Numbered from the stretch's first letter, positions 1 to 10,878 are shown. The stretch: DNA of 64,000 bases from an uncultured Clostridia bacterium (GCA_934122155.1 CAKOVX010000002.1:1437-65436), one strand, 5' to 3'. The notes: generated by a model not told the origin, from the sequence alone. Made by a program: numbers and translations.

Positions 1-481
1 CCGTTATTTTAGTATAGTCTGTTTCTTCTCTATTTAATATATATTGTCTTACATCATCTGTGAGATATATATTAGTTTTTTTGCAGTCAGGTTTATTTGC
101 ATTTTCATGGTTATAAAATAGTACATTATAGTTTAATGACTTTGATATTATGCCTTTTTCTGTATATATGCTGTAATATATACTATTTTCTTCACATATA
201 TCTATTAGTTGTAAAACTTTTTCTTTGCTTAAAAAGTTTTCATATATTATTTGTTTTTCTTTTAAATCATATACTATTGCTCCATTTCCGCAAATCATAT
301 ATTCGTTAGTTTCAAGCTCAGTCGCAAAGTTTTTTACGGACATAGTTCCTCTTCCTGATGCTAAAACTACTTTTACGCCTTGTTCCATTGCTTTATTTAT
401 TGCTTCTTTGTTTCTTGTTGTTACTTGTCCATATGAGTCAAGTAAAGTTCCATCTAAATCAATTGCTATTAGTTTATACAT
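1..481 (-). CDS. Cof-type HAD-IIB family hydrolase (partial; C-terminus runs off the window start)
   Basis: Minus-strand translation starts MYKLIAIDLDGTLLDSYGQVTTRNKEAI...GRG with HAD motifs I and II (DLDGT, SGR); ATG at 481..479. Confidence 0.8.
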   Translation of the reverse strand, partial: MYKLIAIDLDGTLLDSYGQVTTRNKEAINKAMEQGVKVVLASGRGTMSVKNFATELETNEYMICGNGAIVYDLKEKQIIYENFLSKEKVLQLIDICEENSIYYSIYTEKGIISKSLNYNVLFYNHENANKPDCKKTNIYLTDDVRQYILNREETDYTKIT

Positions 482-637
482 AATTACCCCTTTACTATTT
501 AATTTTAACATATTATATTCTTTTATATTCTTAATTGTCAATGTATATTTTGTAAAACCTCTTGCAAAAGAAATATAAAACATATATAATAGTTTCATGC
601 CAATGAAAATATGTAAATTTTGGAAGGAGAGATTATT

Positions 638-1168
638 ATGAACATAAAAATAGTATCTAAAGATTTAACAGCAACAGATGCAATAAAAGATTATATTGGT
701 AAAAAATCTGAAAGATTAGTAAAATATTTTGGAGAAGACTTTGATGTTACTGCAACAATTAAAACAGAAGGTGGTTTACAAGTAGCAGAAATGGAAGTTA
801 AAACTTCTACTGACAGATTCAGAGCAACTACTGAGCATAAAGACTTATATGCTTCTATCGACAAGGATCTTGATATTTTAGAAGGTCAAGTTAGAAAAAT
901 GAAAACTAAAAAAGACCAACAAAATATGACTGAATCTATTCGTATCAAAGAAATGGTTCAAAGTGAAGCTCCAGTAATTGAAGGAGAAATAATAAAAACA
1001 ATATATTATGATATAAAACCACTTTCTCCAGAAGATGCAAAATTAAAGTTAGAAGAAAAACCTCAAGACAAATTCTTAACATTTATTAATGTTGAGAGTG
1101 GAAAAGTTAATGTAATTTATCGTTTAAAAGATAATAGCAATTTTGGTTTAGTAGAACCTGAGGCTTAA
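638..1168 (+). CDS. hpf: ribosome hibernation promoting factor, long form
   Basis: MNIKIVSKDLTATDAIKDYIGKK... is a sigma-54 modulation/RaiA fold with a C-terminal dimerisation extension. GGAGG lies 7 nt upstream of the ATG at 638; the ORF-track start at 620 is upstream of this RBS. Confidence 0.9.
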   Translation: MNIKIVSKDLTATDAIKDYIGKKSERLVKYFGEDFDVTATIKTEGGLQVAEMEVKTSTDRFRATTEHKDLYASIDKDLDILEGQVRKMKTKKDQQNMTESIRIKEMVQSEAPVIEGEIIKTIYYDIKPLSPEDAKLKLEEKPQDKFLTFINVESGKVNVIYRLKDNSNFGLVEPEA

Positions 1169-1175
1169 TATAAAA

Positions 1176-1218
1176 AGAAACTTACCTAAATTTAAAATCT
1201 GGTAAGTTTCTTTTTTTG
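1176..1218 (+). terminator. intrinsic terminator after hpf
   Basis: Stem agaaacttacc/ggtaagtttct followed by a T-run. Confidence 0.7.
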
Positions 1219-1275
1219 TTGTATTAGAAAAATTGTATAACTTTTCTAGTACAACAGATTTAATGTGATCTTAAA

Positions 1276-1470
1276 CTATTTCATGTTGTTTTCAGCTTGT
1301 TGAATCATTTTTCTAACCATGTTACCACCGATTCTACCAGCATCTTTAGAAGATAAATCTCCATTGTATCCTTGTTTTAAGTTAACACCAACTTCGTTAG
1401 CAACCTCATATTTGAATTTGTTTAAAGCTTCTTTAGCTTCAGGAACTACTGATTTGTTACTGTTTGTCAT
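1276..1470 (-). CDS. small acid-soluble spore protein, alpha/beta type
   Basis: MTNSNKSVVPEAKEALNKFKYEVANEVGV...GDLSSKDAGRIGGNMVRKM is the SASP alpha/beta signature; GGAGGTG lies 8 nt upstream of the ATG at 1470. Confidence 0.85.
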   Translation of the reverse strand: MTNSNKSVVPEAKEALNKFKYEVANEVGVNLKQGYNGDLSSKDAGRIGGNMVRKMIQQAENNMK

Positions 1471-1660
1471 ATTTTTCACCTCCTAGAATGTGATTATTTT
1501 TGTTTTTGAAAAAACTTTTTTGCTTTTTCATTATTTATAATGCTCTTTTTGTCTTTTTTTAAACTGGTAATTTTTTGAATAATTTTTTGTATTTTGAATT
1601 GTAATATTATGTAACCTGTGTTATAATATTTATATATTTTTTTAGAAAGGATGATTACTA

Positions 1661-1993
1661 ATGTATAAAGTAGATTACATTGAAATTTACTACGAACTCA
1701 GCTCTACTCTTGAGCTGCAAGGAAAATACTCTTCTATTGAACGGTATTTAAGTGCCGGCTATTACATTCAAGAAGATCGCAATGGCTACTGGGTTTTGGT
1801 CAGACCTTCAAGAGTTTTGGTTTCTGCTTATTGCGGCAAAAATGGAACATTTACTCATGACATGAAGTCTGGAATTCTGAACCATTATAACCGGATTAGA
1901 ATTTCACAAAAATTAATTAAGACTTTTAAAAATGACTTTTTTGATGGAAAGGTCAAAATTCTAGCTGATGAAACCGGCTATTTAGTAATTTAA
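1661..1993 (+). CDS. hypothetical 110-aa protein with atypical codon usage
   Basis: Intact ORF followed by a terminator; GC and codon choice (CTG, GCC, CGG, TCC) clearly differ from neighbouring genes; no family recognised. Confidence 0.5.
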   Translation: MYKVDYIEIYYELSSTLELQGKYSSIERYLSAGYYIQEDRNGYWVLVRPSRVLVSAYCGKNGTFTHDMKSGILNHYNRIRISQKLIKTFKNDFFDGKVKILADETGYLVI

Positions 1994-2003
1994 TTTCCTT
2001 ACT

Positions 2004-2038
2004 GAGAACTGCTGCAAAATGCAGTTCTCTCTTTTTTT
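2004..2038 (+). terminator. intrinsic terminator
   Basis: Stem gagaactgc/gcagttctc plus T-run. Confidence 0.7.
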
Positions 2039-2048
2039 GTAAAATCGC

Positions 2049-2077
2049 TTGCAAAATCTCTTTCTACGTGGTATAAT
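2049..2077 (+). promoter_or_regulatory. sigma-A promoter of rpsT
   Basis: TTGCAA, 17-nt spacer, TGgTATAAT extended -10. Confidence 0.6.
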
Positions 2078-2119
2078 ATTTGAGTCAATTTATGAACGTT
2101 TAAGAAGGAGGTGCAAGAC

Positions 2120-2386
2120 ATGCCAAATATTAAATCAGCAATCAAACGTGTTAATGTTATTGAAAAGAAAACTCTTAGAAATAATATGATTAAGTCAGGA
2201 TATAAATCTGCAGTTAAAAAATTCGAACAAGCTGTTGAAGCTGGAAATAAAGAAGAAGCAGCTAAATTATTATCTGCTGCTACAAAAAAAGTAGACCAAG
2301 CTTGTACTAAAGGTGTTATTGTAAAAAATACAGCTGCTAGAAAAAAAGCTAATATGGCAAAAAAATTAAATGCAATGAATGCATAA
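2120..2386 (+). CDS. rpsT: 30S ribosomal protein S20
   Basis: [26 protein letters not shown]...; AAGGAGG RBS; the ORF-track start at 2111 is upstream of the RBS-supported ATG. Confidence 0.95.
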   Translation: MPNIKSAIKRVNVIEKKTLRNNMIKSGYKSAVKKFEQAVEAGNKEEAAKLLSAATKKVDQACTKGVIVKNTAARKKANMAKKLNAMNA

Positions 2387-2421
2387 GCTTAGAAAATTGT
2401 GCACAGTTTTTTAAGGTTAAA

Positions 2422-2446
2422 AGATGCTAGAAATAGCATCTTTTTT
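2422..2446 (+). terminator. rpsT terminator
   Basis: gatgcta/tagcatc stem plus T6. Confidence 0.6.
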
Positions 2447-2554
2447 GTATGCCAAACGGTGACTGAGAATTTTGGTACAAATTTCCTTTGTTTTTCTTCT
2501 TGTTTTATGTTAACATTTAATTAAGATGTATTTTAATTAAGTGAGGGATTTAGA

Positions 2555-2803
2555 GTGAAACAAATATTATTAGAATTTAAAAATTTAGATAATACTATTA
2601 TTAATTTAATGAAATCTGGTCTCAAATTTTCTTTTTTGCTTATCATTTTAGCAAGTATAATTTTATTGACATATGATTTTTTATTTACATATCCTATTAT
2701 CTATTATACCGGTTTTTCATTATTTAAAACAAGTTTATTTTTTATGGCAGGATTTGTCATTTTTGCATTTGCATTTAATAGAATAAAGCAAGAAATCTTT
2801 TAA
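2555..2803 (+). CDS. hypothetical small membrane protein
   Basis: GTG start with GAGGGA RBS; two predicted TM helices; no family recognised. Confidence 0.4.
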   Translation: MKQILLEFKNLDNTIINLMKSGLKFSFLLIILASIILLTYDFLFTYPIIYYTGFSLFKTSLFFMAGFVIFAFAFNRIKQEIF

Positions 2804-2810
2804 TTTTTAA

Positions 2811-2880
2811 AGAGGTAGTAATATAATATTTTTGAGCGTGGGAGCTCAAAAATATTATATTACTACCTCTTTATTTATTT
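2811..2880. terminator. bidirectional terminator, 27-bp perfect hairpin
   Basis: agaggtagtaatataatatttttgagc / gctcaaaaatattatattactacctct with AT-rich runs on both sides, between convergent genes. Confidence 0.7.
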
Positions 2881-4318
2881 ATTTTATTAACTCTTCTAAA
2901 AATAATTTATTAAGTAACTGAGGATTAGCTTTCCCCTTAGTCTCCTTCATTGCTTGACCAACTAAAAAACCTAATGCCCTATCTTTTCCTGCTTTGTAGT
3001 CTGCAATAGATTGTGGGTTATTTTCTAGTATTTTTAATACTATTTCTTTTATAGCTCCCTCATCTGAAATTTGTATCCATCCTTTTTCTTTTACTATTTC
3101 TTCAGGATTTTTTGGATTTTCAAATAGTTCTTCTAATACTTTTTTACCAATTGCAGAACTTATTGTTCCTTTATCAATTAGTATAATCATTTCAGCTAAT
3201 TGTTCTGCTGTAAATGGAATTTGAGATGGCTCAAGTTCTTTTTCATTTAATATTCTTGAAACATCTGAAAGCAACCAGTTTGCTACTGATTTTGCATTAT
3301 TACATATTGATAATGCTTTTTCAAACATATCTGACATGTGTTTTGAAGCAGTTAACATTCTTGCATCTTTTTCAGATAAATTGTATTCTGTTAAATAACG
3401 TTCTTTTCTGCTTTCTGGTAATTCTGGTAAATTGTCTTTTATATTTTGAATATATTCGTCTGATAATCTAATTGCAACTAAATCTGGTTCTGGAAAATAT
3501 CTGTAATCTTGTGCATCTTCTTTATCTCTCATTGAAAATGTTTTACCAGATATATCATCCCATCTTAAAGTTTCTTGGTCAATTTTTCCACCATCTTCAA
3601 GAACATCAACTTGTCTTTGTGCTTCATATTCAATTGCTCTTACAATTGATCTAAAAGAACTCATATTTTTCATTTCTGTACGAGTTCCAAACTCTTTACT
3701 TCCTTTTTTCATAACAGAAACGTTAACATCTGCTCTTAATGAACCTTCTTGCATTTTACAATCTGATACTTCAATATATTCTAATATAGATTTTATTTTT
3801 CTCATATATGCTTCCGCTTCTTTAGCTGAACGCATATCTGGTTCTGAAACTATTTCTATTAGTGGAACTCCTGCTCTGTTTAAATCTACTAAGCTTCCTG
3901 CTCCAAATTCATTATGATTTAATTTTCCAGCATCTTCCTCAATATGTATTCTTGTAATTCCTATTGTCTTTTTTTCTCCATCTAATACAATTTCTACATT
4001 TCCATGTTCACATAGAGGTTTATCAAATTGTGATATTTGATATGATTTTGGAAGATCTGGATAAAAATAATTTTTTCTATCATTTTTAGAGTCTTTTGAA
4101 ATTGTGCATCCTGTTGCTAGTCCTGCTTTTACAGCATATTCAACTACTTTTTCATTTAGCACTGGAAGAGCTCCTGGCATTGCCATACATACTGGGCATA
4201 CATGTGTGTTTGGTTCTGCACCAAATTCAGTAGAGCAGTTACAGAATATCTTTGTTTTTGTTGAAAGTTCAGCATGTATTTCTAGTCCAATGACTACTTC
4301 ATAATCTTCTATTGACAT
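2879..4318 (-). CDS. gatB: Asp-tRNA(Asn)/Glu-tRNA(Gln) amidotransferase subunit B
   Basis: MSIEDYEVVIGLEIHAELSTKTKIFCNCSTEFGAEPNTHVCPVCMAMPG... full-length GatB. Confidence 0.97.
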   Translation of the reverse strand: MSIEDYEVVIGLEIHAELSTKTKIFCNCSTEFGAEPNTHVCPVCMAMPGALPVLNEKVVEYAVKAGLATGCTISKDSKNDRKNYFYPDLPKSYQISQFDKPLCEHGNVEIVLDGEKKTIGITRIHIEEDAGKLNHNEFGAGSLVDLNRAGVPLIEIVSEPDMRSAKEAEAYMRKIKSILEYIEVSDCKMQEGSLRADVNVSVMKKGSKEFGTRTEMKNMSSFRSIVRAIEYEAQRQVDVLEDGGKIDQETLRWDDISGKTFSMRDKEDAQDYRYFPEPDLVAIRLSDEYIQNIKDNLPELPESRKERYLTEYNLSEKDARMLTASKHMSDMFEKALSICNNAKSVANWLLSDVSRILNEKELEPSQIPFTAEQLAEMIILIDKGTISSAIGKKVLEELFENPKNPEEIVKEKGWIQISDEGAIKEIVLKILENNPQSIADYKAGKDRALGFLVGQAMKETKGKANPQLLNKLFLEELIK

Positions 4319-4343
4319 TTTAAATCTCCTTTATTCAAATTTT

Positions 4344-5804
4344 TTATAAATTTGGTTTATATTTGCTTCTAAAGTTTGTTGCTTGTTCATAAGTATATGC
4401 TGCATTTAATATAGTTTCTTCATCAAAATAATTTCCTATCAATTGCATTCCTATTGGCATATTATTGCTATCTACTCCACATGGAATTGAAATAGCAGGA
4501 ACTCCTGCAATATTTACAGGAACTGTACATATATCTGATAAATACATTTCCATAGGATTTGATGATTTAGTACCAATATCAAAAGCAACTATTGGTGAAG
4601 TAGGTGTTAATATCACATTATACTTTTCAAATGCTTTTTGAAATTCTTGTTTTACAAGTGTTCTAACTTGTTGAGCTTTTTTATAATATGCATCATAATA
4701 ACCTGAAGATAGCACATAAGTACCTAATATAATTCTTCTTTTTACTTCTGAGCCAAATCCTTCACTTCTTGAATTTTTGAATAATTCTTTTAGGTTTGTA
4801 TAATTTGGTGTACGGTATCCATAACGAATTCCATCAAATCTACCTAAGTTTGAGCTTGCTTCTGCTGGTGCAATTATATAATATGTTGCTAAAGCATAGT
4901 CAGCAATATCTAAGCTAAATTCTTCTATTTCTGCACCTAGTTCTTTATATTTTTCAATTGCTTCTTGTATTTTTGCTTTTACTTCTGAATTTATTCCTTC
5001 TCCAAAGTACTCTTTTGGAATTCCAATTTTTAAACCTTTAACATTATTCTTTAGGCATTTAGTATAGTCTTTTTTATCAGCTTCTGCTGAAGTTGTGTCT
5101 TTTTCGTCATGTCCACTAATTACATTTAATAAAAGTGCTGCATCTTTAACATCTTTAGTTATTGGACCTATTTGGTCAAGTGAAGATGCAAATGCTACTA
5201 GCCCATAACGAGATACCAACCCATAAGTTGGTTTAAGGCCTACCACTCCACAAAAGCTTGCTGGTTGACGAATTGAACCACCTGTGTCTGAGCCTAGTGC
5301 CCATGGTACCAAATTTGCCGCAACAGCTGCTGCACTTCCTCCTGATGAACCACCTGGTACTGTATTTAAGTTCCATGGATTTTTTGTTGGATGGAAATAT
5401 GAATACTCTGTTGATGATCCCATTGCAAATTCATCCATATTCAATTTTCCAAGCATTATCATATCTTCTGCATTTATTTTTTCCATAACTGTTGCATTAT
5501 ATGGTGAAACAAAATCTGCTAACATTTTAGAACCACATGTAGTTTTTATACCTTTAGTGCATATATTATCTTTTATTCCAATTGGAATACCGGCTATTTC
5601 TCCTACTTCTGATTTTTTGTCAATCTCTTCTGCCCTTTTGATAGCTTCATCTGTTAATGGTGTAATAAAAGCTTGTACATCTTTTTCTTTTTCATTTATT
5701 CTATCTACATAAGCTTTAGTAATTTCAGCAGATGTTAATTCTTTATTCTTTAATTTTTCTAAAAGCTCATGTACAGTTACTTCTGTAATATTCATTTTAT
5801 TCAT
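4344..5804 (-). CDS. gatA: Glu-tRNA(Gln) amidotransferase subunit A
   Basis: Amidase signature [12 protein letters not shown]; 486 aa. Confidence 0.97.
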   Translation of the reverse strand: MNKMNITEVTVHELLEKLKNKELTSAEITKAYVDRINEKEKDVQAFITPLTDEAIKRAEEIDKKSEVGEIAGIPIGIKDNICTKGIKTTCGSKMLADFVSPYNATVMEKINAEDMIMLGKLNMDEFAMGSSTEYSYFHPTKNPWNLNTVPGGSSGGSAAAVAANLVPWALGSDTGGSIRQPASFCGVVGLKPTYGLVSRYGLVAFASSLDQIGPITKDVKDAALLLNVISGHDEKDTTSAEADKKDYTKCLKNNVKGLKIGIPKEYFGEGINSEVKAKIQEAIEKYKELGAEIEEFSLDIADYALATYYIIAPAEASSNLGRFDGIRYGYRTPNYTNLKELFKNSRSEGFGSEVKRRIILGTYVLSSGYYDAYYKKAQQVRTLVKQEFQKAFEKYNVILTPTSPIVAFDIGTKSSNPMEMYLSDICTVPVNIAGVPAISIPCGVDSNNMPIGMQLIGNYFDEETILNAAYTYEQATNFRSKYKPNL

Positions 5805-5817
5805 TCCTTTCTGTTAA

Positions 5818-6105
5818 TTATTGAATTACTTTTGGAATTTTAAACATATTTCTTTCTTTTTCTGGAGCATTAGCCATTAATGCTTCTTTATCTTCAAAGT
5901 TTTTAACTTCATCTTTACGAAATACATTATATTTATTTTCAACACCAATAGCTTCTGATAATCCTTCTGTTGGTGCTTTGCTTACTATATTTGCATAGTT
6001 CAAAATGTCTTGTAAGTGTAAAAGATAAGTATCTACTTCATCTTCTTTCAAATTCAAACTTGACAAATTTGCAATGTGTAATAACTCTTCTCTTGAAACT
6101 TTCAT
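5818..6105 (-). CDS. gatC: Glu-tRNA(Gln) amidotransferase subunit C
   Basis: 95 aa, MKVSREELLHIANLSSLNLKEDEV..., directly upstream of gatA. Confidence 0.9.
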   Translation of the reverse strand: MKVSREELLHIANLSSLNLKEDEVDTYLLHLQDILNYANIVSKAPTEGLSEAIGVENKYNVFRKDEVKNFEDKEALMANAPEKERNMFKIPKVIQ

Positions 6106-6184
6106 CTAAGCTCATCTCCTTTATAAACATTGTCCTTATTATATATATTTTTTGCCCAAATTACAAGCATTGAAGCTATAATTT

Positions 6185-7933
6185 TTACTTTGTTTCAGTT
6201 ATTCTAATATTTAATTCTCTTAATTGTTCTTTTGTAACAAAGCCTGGTGCACCCATCATTAAATCTTCAGCTTTGCTGTTCATTGGAAATGCAATAACCT
6301 CTCTAATGTTTTCAGCATCTGTTAAAAGCATTAACATTCTATCCACACCTGGTGCAATTCCAGCATGTGGTGGTGCTCCATATTGAAATGCATTAAATAA
6401 AGCAGAAAATTTCTCTTCAATGTCTTTTTTAGTATAACCTGCTATTTCAAATGCTTTTACCATTATTTCTGGATCATGGTTTCTAACTGCTCCAGATGAA
6501 AGCTCAATTCCATTACATACAATATCATATTGATATGCTAAAATTTCAAGTGGATTTTTTGTAAGTAGTGCTTCCATTCCTCCTTGTGGCATTGAAAATG
6601 GGTTATGACAAAATGCTATTTTTCCGTCATCTTCTAATTCATACATTGGAAAATCAACGATCCATGCAAATTGAAAACTATCTTCATCTATTAATTCTAA
6701 TCTTTTTCCTAGCTCTGTTCTTATTTGTCCAGCTAACTCTGATGCTCTTTTTTCATTATCTGCTATAAAAAATATTGTATCTTCGCTTTTTAAATCTGCA
6801 ATTTTTATTAATTCTTTTTTCAAATCAGCTGGTATAAATTTATCTATTGGGCCTTTTAATGACATATCTTCTTGTATTTCCAAATATCCAAGTCCAGGCA
6901 TTCCTAAAGACATTGCATATTCTAACATTTTTTCATGAAATCCCTTTGATAAATGTTTATTAACTTTAATTGCTCTTACTGTTCTGTTAATAAATGGTTT
7001 AAATGTACATTGTTTAAAAAATTCTGATAAATCTATTATATACAATGGGTTTCTTAAGTCTGGTTTGTCTGTTCCATATTTTAGAATTGATTCTTTGTAT
7101 GCAATTCTTGGAAATGGATATTTTGCTATTTTTTTAGTAGAAAATTTACTGAATGTATTATAAATAACAGGTTCTATTGCACTAAATACATCTTCTTGTG
7201 TAGCATAAGACATTTCCATATCTAATTGATAAAATTCGCCTGGGCATCTGTCAGCTCTTGCATCTTCATCTCTAAAACATGGTGCAATTTGAAAATATTT
7301 ATCTATTCCAGATACCATAAGCAATTGTTTAAATTGTTGTGGTGCTTGTGGAAGTGCATAAAATTTTCCTTTATGTACCCTGCTTGGTACTAAATAATCT
7401 CTAGCTCCTTCTGGTGAAGAACTTGTCAAAATTGGAGTTTGTACTTCTAAAAAGCCACTGCCAATCATTTGCTCTCTTAAATATTGAATTACTTTTGAAC
7501 GCAAAATTAAATTGTTAGTTAGTTTTGTACTTCTTAAGTCCAAAAATCTATATTTAAGCCTTAAGTCTTCTCTTACAACTTGATTTTTGTTTACTTCAAA
7601 TGGCAACTCCTTTGTTCTTTTTCCTAAAACTTCAATTGTTTCAATTTTAATTTCTACAAGTCCTGTTTTTAATTTTGGATTTATGGTTTCCTCATCTCTT
7701 TTTTTAACTGTTCCTTCAACACAAACTGATGATTCTATTGGTATATGTGATGCAAAGTCTACATCTTCTGTTTTTCCAGAAGTAACTACTTGTGTAATTC
7801 CATACATATCACGTATGTCTAAAAATACCAATCCTCCTAAATCTCTAATTGTTTCTACAAATCCTGCAATTTTAACTTTTTTGCCTACATCTTCTAGGCT
7901 TATTTCATTACAGGTATGTGTACGGTAACTCAT
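6185..7933 (-). CDS. aspS: aspartate--tRNA ligase, bacterial type, presumably non-discriminating
   Basis: FRDEDARADRCPGEFYQLDMEMSY class II motif; 582 aa; co-operonic with gatCAB. Confidence 0.95.
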   Translation of the reverse strand: MSYRTHTCNEISLEDVGKKVKIAGFVETIRDLGGLVFLDIRDMYGITQVVTSGKTEDVDFASHIPIESSVCVEGTVKKRDEETINPKLKTGLVEIKIETIEVLGKRTKELPFEVNKNQVVREDLRLKYRFLDLRSTKLTNNLILRSKVIQYLREQMIGSGFLEVQTPILTSSSPEGARDYLVPSRVHKGKFYALPQAPQQFKQLLMVSGIDKYFQIAPCFRDEDARADRCPGEFYQLDMEMSYATQEDVFSAIEPVIYNTFSKFSTKKIAKYPFPRIAYKESILKYGTDKPDLRNPLYIIDLSEFFKQCTFKPFINRTVRAIKVNKHLSKGFHEKMLEYAMSLGMPGLGYLEIQEDMSLKGPIDKFIPADLKKELIKIADLKSEDTIFFIADNEKRASELAGQIRTELGKRLELIDEDSFQFAWIVDFPMYELEDDGKIAFCHNPFSMPQGGMEALLTKNPLEILAYQYDIVCNGIELSSGAVRNHDPEIMVKAFEIAGYTKKDIEEKFSALFNAFQYGAPPHAGIAPGVDRMLMLLTDAENIREVIAFPMNSKAEDLMMGAPGFVTKEQLRELNIRITETK

Positions 7934-7974
7934 AAAAAATTCCCCTTTCTATATTATATTTTTTCTTATATAGT

Positions 7975-8220
7975 GTAGGGATAAACAAAAGTCCCCGCAC
8001 TATAAATAGTGCAGGGACGAAATCTCTTTTAGTTCCGCGGTACCACCCAGCTTGAAACTTTTATTATTGTTTCCTCTTTTCAAAATTACAGACTACTCCT
8101 ATGTGTTGGCAAAGTTATGTTCTTCTACAAAAGGCTCTCAGCGCAGTCACCTTTATTCTCTGTTAGCAACTTTTAACTCGTCGTCATATTCATCACAATC
8201 TAATAATTTTTATAATTGTG
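7975..8220 (-). promoter_or_regulatory. T-box riboswitch leader of aspS-gatCAB
   Basis: Minus-strand RNA has AGAGA and GGUGA stem-I elements, a specifier region uagaaGAACAuaac, the T-box sequence AAGCUGGGUGGUACCGCGG, and the terminator gucccugcacuauuuauagugcggggac followed by UUUUGUUU. Confidence 0.85.
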
Positions 8221-8221
8221 T

Positions 8222-8251
8222 ATTATACCTCATGAATTTCAGTTTTGTCAA
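8222..8251 (-). promoter_or_regulatory. sigma-A promoter for the T-box leader
   Basis: On the minus strand TTGACA, 18 nt, TATAAT; it sits immediately after the adhE stop. Confidence 0.6.
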
Positions 8252-8268
8252 TAGGTAATTAATTATTT

Positions 8269-10878
8269 TTATACTTCATTTCCATAATAGCTGTCTATTA
8301 ATATTTGTTTTAATTCTTCAACTAATGGTAGTCTTGGGTTTGCAGTTGTGCATTGATCTTCAAATGCTCTATCTGCTAGCAAATCAAGTTTTGCCATAAA
8401 TTCCTGTTCATTAACTCCTGCTTCTTTAAAGCTTTTTGGAATATTCAAATCTGCATTTAATTTTTGAATTTCTCTAATTAAAGAGTTAACTCCTTCTTCA
8501 TTTCCATAAGCAGGGAAATTCATTCTTCTTGATAAATCTGCATATTTTTGGTCTGCAATATAATACTCATATTTAGGGAATGACACAAACTTAGTTGGTC
8601 TTTGACTGTTATATCTTATTACATATGGCAATAAAATTGCATTTATTCTTCCATGTGGCAAATGGAATTCTGCACCTATTTTATGTGCTAAAGAATGGTT
8701 TACACCCAAGAATGCATTTGTAAATGCCATACCTGCAATTGTACTTGCATTATGCATTTTTTCTCTTGCATGTGCATTGCTTCCATTGTTATATGCTTCT
8801 CTTAAATTTTTAAATACTAATTCAAATGCTTTTTCTGCTAATCCATCTGTATAATCAGATGCCATATTTGATACATAAGCTTCAATAGCATGTGTTAAAA
8901 CATCCATACCAGTGTCTGCTGTAATTGTTTTTGGTAAACTCATAACTAGATCTGGGTCAACTATTGCAACATCTGGTGTTAATTCATAATCTGCTAAAGG
9001 ATATTTTTTGTTTATTTTTTTATCTGTAATAACAGCAAATGATGTTACTTCTGAACCTGTTCCTGATGTTGTTGGAATTGCAACTAATTGTGCTTTGTTA
9101 CCTAATTTAGGGAATTTATAGGTACGTTTTCTTATATCCATAAATTTAAGTTTCATTCCTTCTGCATCAGCTTCTGGGTGCTCATAAAATAGCCACATTC
9201 CTTTTGCAGCATCAATTGGGCTTCCTCCACCTAATGCAATAATTACATCTGGTTTAAACTCTCTCATCATTTCAACGCCTTTATAAATAGTCTCAAATGA
9301 TGGGTCTGATTCTACATCTGAAAAAATTTCTGAATGAACATATTCTTTTCTTTTTCTTAAATAATATAAAATTTTATCAACATATCCTAAGTTTACCATT
9401 GATGAGTCTGTAACTATAAATGCTCTTGATATATTAGGCATTTTTTCTAAGTATGCAATAGAGCCTGCTTCAAAATATATTTTTTGTGGTATTTTAAACC
9501 ATTGCATATTAACTCTCCTTTTTGCAACTCTTTTAATATTTATTAAGTTTACACTTGATACATTAGCTGTTGTTGAATTTCCTCCAAATGTTCCACATCC
9601 TAATGTTAATGATGGCATATTTGTATTATATATATCACCTATTGCTCCATGTGTTGATGGTGAATTTACTATTATTCTGCCTACTTTTACCTTTTCTGAA
9701 AACTTCCTTATTGTTTCATTATCCTCAGAGTGAATAACTGCTGAGTGCCCCATCCCACCAAATTCAATTAGTTTTTCTGCTAGTTCTATTCCTTCATCTG
9801 CATTTTCAACTACATAATATGCAAGTACTGGACTTAGCTTTTCTTTTGAAAATGGGTATTCAATACCAACTCCATTTTCTTTTAATACTAATACTTTTGT
9901 GTCTTTTGGAACTTCAATGCCTGCACTCTTTGCAATAATATATGGACTTTTTCCTACTATATCTGCATTTAGTGCACAGCCTTTTTCAGATATAAACATA
10001 CTATTACGCAATTTTTTTGTTTGTTCTGCATTTAAAAAGTAGCATCCAGCTTCTTTCATTAATTTTTCAAATTCTTTGTGAATTTCTTTGTCAACTATAA
10101 CTGATTGTTCAGATGCACAAATCATTCCGTTGTCAAATGATTTTGATAATACTAAATCATTTACTGATGTTTTTAATTTTGCTGTTTTATCTATATAGCA
10201 AGGCACATTTCCAGGTCCAACACCTAATGCTGGTTTTCCACATGAGTATGCTGATTTTACCATTCCACTTCCACCAGTTGCTAAAATCAAATTGACTTCT
10301 GGATGATTCATTAATGCAGTTGTAGCTGTTATTGATGGTTCTTCAACCCATAAAATACAATCTTCTGGAGCTCCTGCTTTTATTGCAGCATCTCTTAAAA
10401 TTGTTGCAGCCGCAACACTACATTTTTGTGCAGATGGGTGAAAACCAAATATTATAACATTTCTAGTTTTAGCCGCAATTAATGATTTAAACATTGTAGT
10501 TGAAGTTGGGTTTGTAACAGGTGTTACACCTGCTATAATTCCTATTGGTTCTGCAATTTCTTCATAACCTTCTTCTTCGTTTTCTTCAATTATTCCAACT
10601 GTTTTATCATATTTTATACTGTGATAAATGTATTCTGTTGCAAACATATTCTTAGTAATTTTATCTTCGTAAATGCCTCTACCAGTTTCTTCTACTGCCA
10701 TTTTAGCAAGTTCCATATGATGCTCTAATCCCGCCATTGCCATTTGCTTTACAATTTCATCAACTTGCTCTTGGTCTAATTTTAAGTATTCTTCAGATGC
10801 TTTTTTAGCTCTTTTTACTAAGCCATCTATCATCTCTTCAATTCTTTTTTTCTCTTCTTCACTAATTTCTTTTGCCAT
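8269..10878 (-). CDS. adhE: bifunctional acetaldehyde-CoA/alcohol dehydrogenase
   Basis: 869 aa with an N-terminal ALDH domain and a C-terminal Fe-ADH domain. Confidence 0.95.
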   Translation of the reverse strand: MAKEISEEEKKRIEEMIDGLVKRAKKASEEYLKLDQEQVDEIVKQMAMAGLEHHMELAKMAVEETGRGIYEDKITKNMFATEYIYHSIKYDKTVGIIEENEEEGYEEIAEPIGIIAGVTPVTNPTSTTMFKSLIAAKTRNVIIFGFHPSAQKCSVAAATILRDAAIKAGAPEDCILWVEEPSITATTALMNHPEVNLILATGGSGMVKSAYSCGKPALGVGPGNVPCYIDKTAKLKTSVNDLVLSKSFDNGMICASEQSVIVDKEIHKEFEKLMKEAGCYFLNAEQTKKLRNSMFISEKGCALNADIVGKSPYIIAKSAGIEVPKDTKVLVLKENGVGIEYPFSKEKLSPVLAYYVVENADEGIELAEKLIEFGGMGHSAVIHSEDNETIRKFSEKVKVGRIIVNSPSTHGAIGDIYNTNMPSLTLGCGTFGGNSTTANVSSVNLINIKRVAKRRVNMQWFKIPQKIYFEAGSIAYLEKMPNISRAFIVTDSSMVNLGYVDKILYYLRKRKEYVHSEIFSDVESDPSFETIYKGVEMMREFKPDVIIALGGGSPIDAAKGMWLFYEHPEADAEGMKLKFMDIRKRTYKFPKLGNKAQLVAIPTTSGTGSEVTSFAVITDKKINKKYPLADYELTPDVAIVDPDLVMSLPKTITADTGMDVLTHAIEAYVSNMASDYTDGLAEKAFELVFKNLREAYNNGSNAHAREKMHNASTIAGMAFTNAFLGVNHSLAHKIGAEFHLPHGRINAILLPYVIRYNSQRPTKFVSFPKYEYYIADQKYADLSRRMNFPAYGNEEGVNSLIREIQKLNADLNIPKSFKEAGVNEQEFMAKLDLLADRAFEDQCTTANPRLPLVEELKQILIDSYYGNEV

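Noticed and set aside
482-637. raiA-motif ncRNA upstream of hpf
   Set aside because: The leader between the TTGCAA-17-TATAAT promoter and the hpf RBS is only about 40 nt, too short for that large structured RNA.
5284-5712. Plus-strand ORFs antisense to gatA (and similar shadow ORFs elsewhere, for example 3214..3654, 7587..7928, 23117..25127, 45016..45957, 47511..48233, 48388..48819, 50554..50994)
   Set aside because: They lie entirely inside well-supported genes on the opposite strand, have no RBS, and are of low complexity or hydrophobic. They are typical AT-rich shadow ORFs.
8052-8258. 68-aa plus-strand ORF
   Set aside because: It overlaps the minus-strand T-box leader of aspS; it is noncoding.
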